DNA of 55,041 nt from an uncultured bacterium. GTDB taxonomy: Bacteria > Bdellovibrionota > JACOXK01 > 2-02-FULL-40-11. The notes under the pieces were generated by a model. The model did not search any database. It saw nothing but the letters and a program-made list of their open reading frames with translations, and had not been told where the DNA came from. The translations under genes and the position numbers were made by a program. Below are positions 47,548 to 55,041 of this stretch, one piece after another; position 1 is the stretch's first letter, and each line of letters begins with the position of its first letter. The stretch lies in the NCBI GenBank assembly GCA_964392415.1, contig CAYMPL010000003.1:1-55041 (forward strand), written 5' to 3'.

Positions 47548-49067
47548 TGTTTTTGGAAAACACTCTTTTAACGATCGTGATTTTTCTTCCGCTCATGGGG
47601 GCGCTCCTGCTCTTTTTGCTGCCGGGGATTGTCCGACATCACGCGCAGTGGATCGCGCTCGGAATCGCCGCATTTGAATTTGGTCTTTCTATCTTAATTT
47701 TCGATTTTTTTGATCCCTCCACCCATCTTCTTCAACTGGTTCAAAAAACCCCCTGGATTCCTTCCCTTGGAGTTTCCTATTTTATTGGCATTGATGGCAT
47801 CAGTCTCTGGCTTGTCTGTCTTACCACTTTTTTAACCCCTGTTGTTATTCTCGCCTCAGAGATCAAAGACCGGGGGTATCTCGCTTCTTTTTTAATTTTG
47901 GAAACGGCAATGGTCGGCACCTTCCTAGCGCTCGATCTTCTCCTCTTCTACCTTTTCTGGGAGATGATGCTCATTCCAATGTATTTCATTATTGGCATGT
48001 GGGGGGGGGCAAGACGAATTTACGCAACGCTCAAATTTTTTATTTACACATTGGCAGGGGGTGTTTTTATGCTCCTTGGCATTATCTTTTTAATTTATCT
48101 CCATCACGAACAGTTCGGATTTTTCTCGGCAAGCCTTCTCGATATTTACGCGGTTCAAATCCCTTTTGACTATTCGCATTTTCTAAACCCCCAGAATCTT
48201 CTTTTTCTCGCGTTTGCTGTTGCCTTCCTGATCAAAGTCCCGATGTTCCCATTTCATACCTGGCTCCCCGATGCCCATGTGGAAGCGCCGACAGGGGGGA
48301 GTGTCATTCTGGCAGGGGTCCTTTTGAAAATGGGGGCCTATGGTTTCTTAAGATTTGCAATCCCTCTTTTCCCGGAGGCGACAACATTTTTTACCCCGGC
48401 TCTGATTGCGCTTTCGCTCATCGGCGTAATTTACGGCGCTTTCCTCGCCCTCGCTCAAAACGATTTAAAAAAACTGGTTGCCTATTCATCGATCAGCCAC
48501 ATGGGGCTTGTCATGCTTGGGATCTTTGTTTCAAATGGCTTTGGATTGAGCGGCGGTGTTTTTCAGATGCTCTCTCACGGCGTCTCAACAGGGGCGCTCT
48601 TTCTTTTGGTCGGCATCCTCTATGAGAGACGTCATACACGCGAGATCTCCCATTTTGGCGGACTGACCAAAGTCATGCCGATGTATGCTGTTTTTTTCAT
48701 GATTATCACGCTCTCATCGCTCGCACTGCCAACGACCAATGGCTTCATTGGAGAATTTCTGGTTCTTCTCGGCGCCTTTTATGAGCAGCCGCTGTATGCC
48801 GTACTGGGAGGAACCACAGCCATTTTTAGCGCCACCTATCTTTTGAGAATGTATCAAAAGGTGATGTTTGGCCCACTGAAATATGAAGAGAATAAAGGAT
48901 TGAGAGATTTATCCCCCAAAGAAATTGCCTCTCTCATTCCGATTATGATCATGATTTTCTGGATGGGATTATACCCAAAAACATTTTTAAGTAAGATGGA
49001 GAAATCGATCGATCATCTGGTTTCACAGAGACATTCGTATCAGTTGGAGATTTATGAGAAAAAGTAG
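47547..49067 (+). CDS. nuoM: Complex I subunit M (set 2)
   Basis: FWEMMLIPMY, IKVPMFPFHTWLPDAHVEAP, LLKMGAYG, FIGEFL. Confidence 0.95.
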   Translation: MFLENTLLTIVIFLPLMGALLLFLLPGIVRHHAQWIALGIAAFEFGLSILIFDFFDPSTHLLQLVQKTPWIPSLGVSYFIGIDGISLWLVCLTTFLTPVVILASEIKDRGYLASFLILETAMVGTFLALDLLLFYLFWEMMLIPMYFIIGMWGGARRIYATLKFFIYTLAGGVFMLLGIIFLIYLHHEQFGFFSASLLDIYAVQIPFDYSHFLNPQNLLFLAFAVAFLIKVPMFPFHTWLPDAHVEAPTGGSVILAGVLLKMGAYGFLRFAIPLFPEATTFFTPALIALSLIGVIYGAFLALAQNDLKKLVAYSSISHMGLVMLGIFVSNGFGLSGGVFQMLSHGVSTGALFLLVGILYERRHTREISHFGGLTKVMPMYAVFFMIITLSSLALPTTNGFIGEFLVLLGAFYEQPLYAVLGGTTAIFSATYLLRMYQKVMFGPLKYEENKGLRDLSPKEIASLIPIMIMIFWMGLYPKTFLSKMEKSIDHLVSQRHSYQLEIYEKK

Positions 49068-49073
49068 CAGTTT

Positions 49074-50522
49074 ATGACAGAACAGCTTTTTTACTTTTCA
49101 CCTCTTCTTATTCTTACCATAACCGCGCTCTTTGTCCTTCTCATTGACGCCTTTCTTAAAAACGGAGCGCCAAAATTGGCATTTCTTCTTTCCCTCATTG
49201 GCATCTCCGCCGCCTCTTTCGCCTGCATTGAGCTTTGGAAAGAGCCTACCCTCTCTCTCTTTTATGAAGCGATCCGGCTCGACCGGTTTTCACTCTTTTT
49301 TACGTTACTTTCTCTCTTTTTAATCCTTTTGACTCTTTTAAATACCTATCGTCCCCTCATGGAAAAGAGACTGCCAGCAGGGGAATTTTTATTCTTTCTG
49401 CTCTGCTCCGGCATCGGGATGTCACTCATGGCATGGGCGACCGATTTAATCACGCTTTTTATGAGTTTAGAAATCATGAGCCTCTCGGTCTACATCTTGA
49501 CAGGAATTGAAAAGGAGAGAATCACCGCCACGGAAGGGGCGTTTAAATATTTTCTGCTCGGTGCTTTCTCAACTGGTTTTTTGCTCTATGGAATTGCCCT
49601 GATCTATTCAATCACAGGCTCCGTTCTCTTCTCTGATATCTCAAATTTTCTTGTGGTCTCAAAACAGACGCTCCCAACCGTTTTTTACATCGGAGCGGCG
49701 CTCCTCATGGTAGGCTTCGGATTTAAAATCGCCGCCGTCCCCTTTCATATGTGGGTCCCCGATGTTTATGAAGGGGCGGGAACGGCTGTAACAGCACTCA
49801 TGGCGACCGGGGTTAAGGCCGCAGGCTTTGCCGCATTGGTTCGTTTTTTTATTGTGTCTCTTCTGTCCCTCAAAACAGAGTGGAATTTTGTCTTATTTTG
49901 GCTCGCTGTATTAACGATGACGGTCGGAAATCTTGCGGCATTGGTTCAGACGAACCTCAAACGGATGCTTGCCTATTCGAGTATTGCGCACGCCGGATAT
50001 CTTCTTGTGGCTGTCTCGGCAACGCAGGCGCAAAACTTCGATCTTGGAACAAGCGCGATTCTCTTTTATCTGATCGCCTACGGACTGATGACGATTGGCG
50101 CATTTTCTGTCATGATTTTTGCAAGCCATCACAAAGAAAGAAACTTCCTTGATGACTATGCGGGATTCGGGCTTCAGCATCCGTATCTCGGTCTTGCAAT
50201 GGTTCTTTTTATGCTCTCGCTGACCGGCATCCCTCTCACGGCAGGATTTATCGGAAAGTTTTATATTTTTAGCGCCGCCCTTAAATCAAAAGACTTTATT
50301 CTCGCCGTCATTGCAATAATGAACAGCATCATCGCGGCCTACTATTACCTTCGCGTCATTGTTGTGTTTTATATGAAGCCGCAGACTTCGCCGATTGCGA
50401 TTCAATCATCTTTTGCGCTTAATTTGTCCCTGCTTCTTACTTCCATCGGAACCCTTGGACTCGGCCTCTTTCCTTCTCAGATTCTTAAAATTATCAAAGA
50501 TTCCGTAACCGCGCTTTTGTAA
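49074..50522 (+). CDS. nuoN: Complex I subunit N (set 2)
   Basis: LEIMSLSVY, GFKIAAVPFHMWVPDVYEGA, VKAAG, FIGKFY. Confidence 0.95.
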   Translation: MTEQLFYFSPLLILTITALFVLLIDAFLKNGAPKLAFLLSLIGISAASFACIELWKEPTLSLFYEAIRLDRFSLFFTLLSLFLILLTLLNTYRPLMEKRLPAGEFLFFLLCSGIGMSLMAWATDLITLFMSLEIMSLSVYILTGIEKERITATEGAFKYFLLGAFSTGFLLYGIALIYSITGSVLFSDISNFLVVSKQTLPTVFYIGAALLMVGFGFKIAAVPFHMWVPDVYEGAGTAVTALMATGVKAAGFAALVRFFIVSLLSLKTEWNFVLFWLAVLTMTVGNLAALVQTNLKRMLAYSSIAHAGYLLVAVSATQAQNFDLGTSAILFYLIAYGLMTIGAFSVMIFASHHKERNFLDDYAGFGLQHPYLGLAMVLFMLSLTGIPLTAGFIGKFYIFSAALKSKDFILAVIAIMNSIIAAYYYLRVIVVFYMKPQTSPIAIQSSFALNLSLLLTSIGTLGLGLFPSQILKIIKDSVTALL

Positions 50523-50556
50523 TTCGAAGTATTCAATCCAGGCTGTTGATAGTTTT

Positions 50557-52020
50557 TTAAATAATCTTCCACGGCACTCTCACATCCCCTTTTCGAACCG
50601 TCCATTTCTGCTCATCAAAGAATTGGAGATAAGGAATTGCGAATTTTCGCGAGATGGAGAACATATTTTTGAGATCGATGACCCGCATTTCGGAGTGCGT
50701 CTTAAAAAAATCGGCCAGTTTCAATTTTAATGACGCGAGTCCGGCCGATGAAATATAAAAATCACCGGGAAGTCTTGTGATTTCCCGCTTATTTTGAAGA
50801 GCCTTGAGAACCGGGTTGATCTCATTTTCCGCGGAGCCGAACTTTTTGACGAGATCGGTGATTTCAAATGCCTCTAATGTATTTGAACGACTCTGAAAAA
50901 AGTTTAAAATGGCTGCATAAAGAGCCCCATTAAAAAGAGGCTTTGCGTCGACAATCGGCTTCTCTTTTTTGCCAAAACCAATAGATGCTTTCTCAAGCGG
51001 ATTCGGATTTATGATGATGCCTCCACCACTGGTGGTTTCTCGTCGTAAAATGAACCGATCGCCAGGGAGAAGAGCCAGGGGTTTGGAAAATCTGAGAAAG
51101 CTATGGCCAGTCTGATCTAGAGGACGAATCTTTACTTGTGCGCGGCTGGTTCCGATATGGATTGTAAAATAACCCTCTGCTTTTTTCTCAAGCTGTGCGG
51201 AGGCTCTCTTTGTAACAGACAGCGCCCCCTTTTTTCCTAATACCTCCCCTCGATGAACTTCAACTTTTGAAACCCCTTTTATATTGAGCGCAGCCCGCGA
51301 AGGGGCATTAAGCTCCGCATACGACTTCCCGTAAGCATGGATTTGACGAACACGAACCATTTTTCCCAGCGGATAGAGTTCAAGCTGATCTTCCAATCGA
51401 AGGCATCCCGAAATGAGGGGACCCGTAACAATAGTGCCATGACCGGGGAGCGTAAAGACGCGATCAATGAAAACCCGCGTGACTCCTTCGCTTCGGTTTT
51501 GATGACCTATGATTTGATCACAGTCAAAAATTTTTTGTTTTAGCGCATCTATCCCCTCTCCTGTTTTTGCTGAAACAAAAAGAGGAGTACTGATCTCCAA
51601 AAATGTCCCTCTCAGTTCTTTTTGAAGCCGATCGAGGGTGAAAAGACGTTCTTCTTGGCACAAAAGATCGGCTTTTGACAAAACCACAATCCCTTTTTTA
51701 ATTCCGAGAAGCGTTAAAATTGAAAGATGCTCACGGCTTTGCGGCATCATCCCTTCATTGGCGGCAATCACAAACAAGACAAGATCGATCTGCGCCGCCC
51801 CCATCACCATTGTTTTCACAAACCGCTCATGACCGGGGACATCGACAATTCCAACAACGAACTCATCTGAAAACCGAAGGGGCGCAAATCCCAATTCAAT
51901 GCTGATGCCGCGCTCTTTTTCCTGCGGCAGACGATCTGTATCAATCCCCGTAAGCGCTTTGGTCAACGCGGTTTTTCCGTGATCGATATGTCCCGCGGTG
52001 CCAACAATAAAAGATTTCAT
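50557..52020 (-). CDS. selB: Selenocysteine-specific elongation factor (compact)
   Basis: [28 protein letters not shown]; C-terminal [13 protein letters not shown]...RKGDVR winged-helix motif. Start set at [10 protein letters not shown]. Confidence 0.9.
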   Translation of the reverse strand: MKSFIVGTAGHIDHGKTALTKALTGIDTDRLPQEKERGISIELGFAPLRFSDEFVVGIVDVPGHERFVKTMVMGAAQIDLVLFVIAANEGMMPQSREHLSILTLLGIKKGIVVLSKADLLCQEERLFTLDRLQKELRGTFLEISTPLFVSAKTGEGIDALKQKIFDCDQIIGHQNRSEGVTRVFIDRVFTLPGHGTIVTGPLISGCLRLEDQLELYPLGKMVRVRQIHAYGKSYAELNAPSRAALNIKGVSKVEVHRGEVLGKKGALSVTKRASAQLEKKAEGYFTIHIGTSRAQVKIRPLDQTGHSFLRFSKPLALLPGDRFILRRETTSGGGIIINPNPLEKASIGFGKKEKPIVDAKPLFNGALYAAILNFFQSRSNTLEAFEITDLVKKFGSAENEINPVLKALQNKREITRLPGDFYISSAGLASLKLKLADFFKTHSEMRVIDLKNMFSISRKFAIPYLQFFDEQKWTVRKGDVRVPWKII

Positions 52021-52075
52021 TGAAAGCGATTTAGCAGAGTTTGACTGCTGATACAACCCATGAAGTATTCATTAC
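52018..52075. repeat. Imperfect 58-bp direct repeat, copy A
   Basis: 50/58 identical to 53566-53623; includes the selB ATG. Confidence 0.8.
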
Positions 52076-52110
52076 TTGCTCTGAATAGGCCGCTTTATTT
52101 TCTACTTTGT

Positions 52111-52683
52111 TCAAAAAAACCACTGAGGCAGGTTTAGATTCATTTTTAGGGCGTATTTTTTGAGTTTCGTTTTTTTAAGCATATTTAAATTCCATTCTTT
52201 GAGCTCAATCAGGTTCGGAGACAAAACAGCCTTATTCAGATAAATATAATCCAGAAGCGCTTTTTCAGGTTCCGCAAGTGCGCAGCCGGGTTGATCTTTG
52301 AATCCAAAAAAATATTTTTTTTGAATATGCTGATAACTGATGGTTCCGAAAGAAGTCTGCAATTTATAGGGGGATCCCAATGTGACGCAAGTCAGCACGT
52401 GTGGCATCTGACTTAAAATGCCAAATCGGCTGAGCGCGGATTCCAATGAGATGTAATTGGGTTGCTGAATCTGCGAAGAAATTTCGTCTAGCGTGGGAAG
52501 ATTAAATGGATTTGCATAATAATTTCGACAAATTCGAGCAATGATGTTTTGTTTTGACAAGCGCGACAGATTGATTCTGAGGGAAATCGCTTTACTATGG
52601 GTTAATAATTTTAAATGATTGATATGAAAAATTTTAATATTTTTATTTTTTTTGAAAAAACACAGCCAATCACGCGTTTTCAT
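52111..52683 (-). CDS. AbiEi-like type IV antitoxin / transcriptional regulator
   Basis: PNYISLESALSRFGILSQ, ISYQHI, AEPEKALLDYIYL. Confidence 0.8.
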   Translation of the reverse strand: MKTRDWLCFFKKNKNIKIFHINHLKLLTHSKAISLRINLSRLSKQNIIARICRNYYANPFNLPTLDEISSQIQQPNYISLESALSRFGILSQMPHVLTCVTLGSPYKLQTSFGTISYQHIQKKYFFGFKDQPGCALAEPEKALLDYIYLNKAVLSPNLIELKEWNLNMLKKTKLKKYALKMNLNLPQWFF

Positions 52684-52686
52684 TTC

Positions 52687-53517
52687 TTATCTTAATTTTT
52701 TGAAATTTTCGAGAGATTGAATAATTCTTTTACAAATCATGTCATATTGATCTTCAAAAATTTTTCTATAATTCAGAGGTAAAAAACGATCCATTTCTTG
52801 TCGCAAAATAGAAACACCGTTCCGAGACAGCGCTTCAATATTTTTATGGAATTTTAAATTAAATTTCTTCTTGGAAACATGATAATCTTTAAGTTTTTTT
52901 TGAACGATGCGCTTTGTTTTTGCGTGAATGGTGAGCTTGAGTGTTTCAAGCAGAAAAAAGAGATCCCAAATATCCCTTCCTTTCAGATATTCTCTGGCCG
53001 AAAAAGCGACGATTTTATCGCATAAAATTTCTTCCGGTGTTTCAACTACGACAGCGGGATGAAATGGAATTTTTGAAATTTGCAGAATTACAGGATGATG
53101 CGTGTACGAAGGGACGTTTGCGACTTCGATATTCGTTCTGTCTTCAAGCTTCAGCTCCGGAATGTTCAAGCGCAGATGCCATCTGAGAAAAGTGTCGGAT
53201 TTTTTCTGGATTTTAATTTCGCTTTTTTCAACGAAGGGGAACTGCTTTTCCATATAAGAGGAAAGCTTTTGAAAGGGGCGATCGAAGTGTTGAAAGAAAG
53301 AAGAGGGGCTTCGGCTCAGAACAAAGTCAAGGTCTTCCGAATAGCGAACACCGCCATAGCACATGCGAAGCGCTGTTCCGCCCTGAAAAACGAGGTGAGA
53401 GAAAAGCCCTTTTTTAAAGAGGTAATCCAAAATGAGACCGTGGATGTATTCTTTTAAGACGAGTGAAACAGCCACACCCGCGTCTTGAGCTTCTCTCTGA
53501 ATATCCGCCAGGTTCAT
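52687..53517 (-). CDS. AbiEii-family nucleotidyltransferase type IV toxin
   Basis: LVFQGGTALRMCYGGVRYSEDLDF, EILCDKI, KGRDIWDL. Confidence 0.88.
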   Translation of the reverse strand: MNLADIQREAQDAGVAVSLVLKEYIHGLILDYLFKKGLFSHLVFQGGTALRMCYGGVRYSEDLDFVLSRSPSSFFQHFDRPFQKLSSYMEKQFPFVEKSEIKIQKKSDTFLRWHLRLNIPELKLEDRTNIEVANVPSYTHHPVILQISKIPFHPAVVVETPEEILCDKIVAFSAREYLKGRDIWDLFFLLETLKLTIHAKTKRIVQKKLKDYHVSKKKFNLKFHKNIEALSRNGVSILRQEMDRFLPLNYRKIFEDQYDMICKRIIQSLENFKKLR

Positions 53518-53524
53518 GATTTAT

Positions 53525-53553
53525 ATAATATACAAATATGTATATTTAGTCAA
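53525..53553 (-). promoter_or_regulatory. AbiE promoter with palindromic operator
   Basis: TTGACT-N17-TATTAT-N7-ATG; AATATACA-N4-TGTATATT at 53527-53546. Confidence 0.65.
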
Positions 53554-53565
53554 TTAAAGAAACCG

Positions 53566-53623
53566 CATGGAGAGCGATGTAGCAGAGTTTGTCTGCTGAT
53601 ACAACTAAGGAAGTATTTATTAC
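53566..53623. repeat. Imperfect 58-bp direct repeat, copy B
   Basis: Matches 52018-52075; includes the stop codon of the upstream gene and an orphan ATG. Confidence 0.8.
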
Positions 53624-54906
53624 GGAATAGCGAGAACAAAATCTTGAAGGCCTTTATTCACAAAATCATCCCCCGACTGTTGTATGCATCCGCCTATGAC
53701 GGTGGCTTTGTCGCCAGAAGATACGGCTGAGCCGGGAACATCCAGGCTTCGTGCCATCCCATCGGCTGAAATCGTTTGAGTGACTGCTACTTCACCCGCG
53801 GGTGTCGAACCGAAAACACTCTCTTCACCATTATGAATCTGCCCTCCAAAAGCTCCTCTAAAATTACCGTTCTGGTCAAAAACATTCACGCCTGAAAAAC
53901 CAGAAAACATATCCTTAACACTCGGAACAAAATTCCCCTTTATTTCGAATTTAACTCTTTCGCCTGCCCGAACGACGGTTGCGCCTGTAATTGTAAAGTT
54001 TTTACACGTCCTCTCCCCCCCAGCTGTGGGAGCAGCCGCTTGATCTCCTGACGGAGCAGGTGTTGGAGTAATAATTTGATCAGTAGGCGGCAGCGGTTCT
54101 TCCGGCACGGTTACTGGCTGATCAGATGGACCGCTGATGGGGGTTGTTTGCACCGGCGAAACTTCAGGACAGCAGCATTTTGCAAAACCGAAAACATTTA
54201 ATTTTAAATGAATCGATCTATCGATTCCCCCTGCCTCATACCCCTGAGAAAAATCGATTATCCCTTTGATCTCCTGCCTGAAGCAGACATTTTTCCCATC
54301 TTTTTCAGGCCCCTCTACCGCTGCGACTTCTAAGAGACTCAAAATTTGTTCAAGAATCTCTCCCTGGGTTGTTTTTCGAAATTGAGCGCCCCCCCCTTCG
54401 CTGTTAGCGTTAATTTCATTCTCCATTAATGCTATGACTGTTACCCCTGCGATATCTTCTCCAGGAGGGATTTCAACCGGCGTTTCCGTAATCCGCGCTG
54501 GATCATCAGAGGATTTCGATCGATCTTCTATGACCTCGGATACCTTGATATCGAGAACTGAGATATCGAATAAAAGGAAACAGCCCTCTGTCAGTTCAAT
54601 TTTTCCAGTCAGTTTTGGGGCAGAAATCTTAGGAATGAAGACGAAAGTCTCCCCTTGGGGAATCTCCTCTTTTTTCTGTTGCTGAAAAGCTTTAAATCCA
54701 GCAAGCATCTCACCCATCTGACGGTTACGGCGGATTCTAAACATGTTACCTTCAAGCTCAATACCCGGCGCAATATCAATACCCCCTTCCGGCGTTTTTC
54801 TTATTAAACCGCCTAATGTATCTTTTGGCCTACACTCTATTTGCACGCCATTGGCCAAAAGAAGGGGACTAAGGAGTAGGCTTAAAAGAACGATCCAGTA
54901 TTTCAC
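53620..54906 (-). CDS. Hypothetical exported two-domain protein with P/T-rich linker
   Basis: AGGAG SD, GTG start, signal peptide MKYWIVLLSLLLSPLLLA; CCC motif. Confidence 0.7.
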   Translation of the reverse strand: MKYWIVLLSLLLSPLLLANGVQIECRPKDTLGGLIRKTPEGGIDIAPGIELEGNMFRIRRNRQMGEMLAGFKAFQQQKKEEIPQGETFVFIPKISAPKLTGKIELTEGCFLLFDISVLDIKVSEVIEDRSKSSDDPARITETPVEIPPGEDIAGVTVIALMENEINANSEGGGAQFRKTTQGEILEQILSLLEVAAVEGPEKDGKNVCFRQEIKGIIDFSQGYEAGGIDRSIHLKLNVFGFAKCCCPEVSPVQTTPISGPSDQPVTVPEEPLPPTDQIITPTPAPSGDQAAAPTAGGERTCKNFTITGATVVRAGERVKFEIKGNFVPSVKDMFSGFSGVNVFDQNGNFRGAFGGQIHNGEESVFGSTPAGEVAVTQTISADGMARSLDVPGSAVSSGDKATVIGGCIQQSGDDFVNKGLQDFVLAIP

Positions 54907-55039
54907 CTATAATTTCTCCTAGTGTGGGTGTGTTTTGAATATACACGTTGATATCCTTTTCATTTTCCATTTTTTTCATCTCGAGAAGCGCTTGTTCAAT
55001 ACGGGCTTCATCAATAGACTGCAGAATCGGAAGATAGTG
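54869..55039 (-). CDS. Possible 3' end of a gene entering from the right edge
   Basis: Open frame ...HYLPILQSIDEARIEQALLEMKK... to TAG; product not identified. Confidence 0.3.
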   Translation of the reverse strand, partial: HYLPILQSIDEARIEQALLEMKKMENEKDINVYIQNTPTLGEIIGEILDRSFKPTP

Positions 55040-55041
55040 AT

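Noticed and set aside
603-48009. Poly-G/C tracts (tolQ, rpsI, nuoM2, barrel gene) as phase-variation sites
   Set aside because: They encode Gly runs, are in frame, and lie mostly in core genes.
32053-50522. Hidden or frameshifted nuoB/C/D/I
   Set aside because: Junctions are overlapping or only a few bp long, and no alternative-frame ORF carries Fe-S or NuoD motifs.
32053-50522. Mrp antiporter, Ech/Hyf hydrogenase or Fpo identity
   Set aside because: NuoA, NuoH and separate NuoJ/NuoK with complex I motifs are present; no MrpE/F/G or NiFe subunit.
437-54685. Numerous short antisense or nested ORFs in the track
   Set aside because: Shadows of well-supported genes, with no motifs.
1-55041. 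tRNA-Sec or UGA-recoded selenoprotein near selB
   Set aside because: None recognised; the TGA stops I checked are ordinary ATGA overlaps. An exhaustive SECIS scan was not possible.
1-55041. CRISPR array or rRNA
   Set aside because: No regularly spaced repeats; the REP cluster at 43635-43723 is irregular and palindromic; no rRNA signatures.

Overview
A mostly housekeeping chromosomal window. Gene content (pilS/pilR/pilD, an MXAN_2562-like barrel, psd-pssA-asd-truA) suggests a Myxococcota/Bdellovibrionota-like 'deltaproteobacterium'; this is inference, not a database result. Order: tolQR; psd-pssA-asd-OM barrel-truA-rplM-rpsI; a sigma54-driven orphan lipoprotein; a surface-glycan-type cluster (B12 radical SAM, AsnB, epimerase, O-antigen ligase) interrupted by cstA; aldolase; MBL hydrolase; tRNA-Leu(TAG) followed by a mobile mystery protein A/B cassette and a candidate structured RNA; ppx; LOG; pilSRD; PpiC; mfd; DsbA; two nuo clusters; selB; an AbiE pair. 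Main observations: (1) two tandem, divergent complex I gene sets each encoding only the membrane arm (A,H,J,K,L,M,N), with no nuoB/C/D/E/F/G/I in the window; (2) NuoL of set 1 has a 27-aa tandem duplication in its transverse helix, the hallmark of '2M' complexes, yet its operon has one nuoM; (3) two accessory insertions each coincide with a duplicated promoter-plus-ATG block; (4) many operon-first genes look leaderless. Coordinates of non-ORF features were counted by eye and may be off by a base or two.
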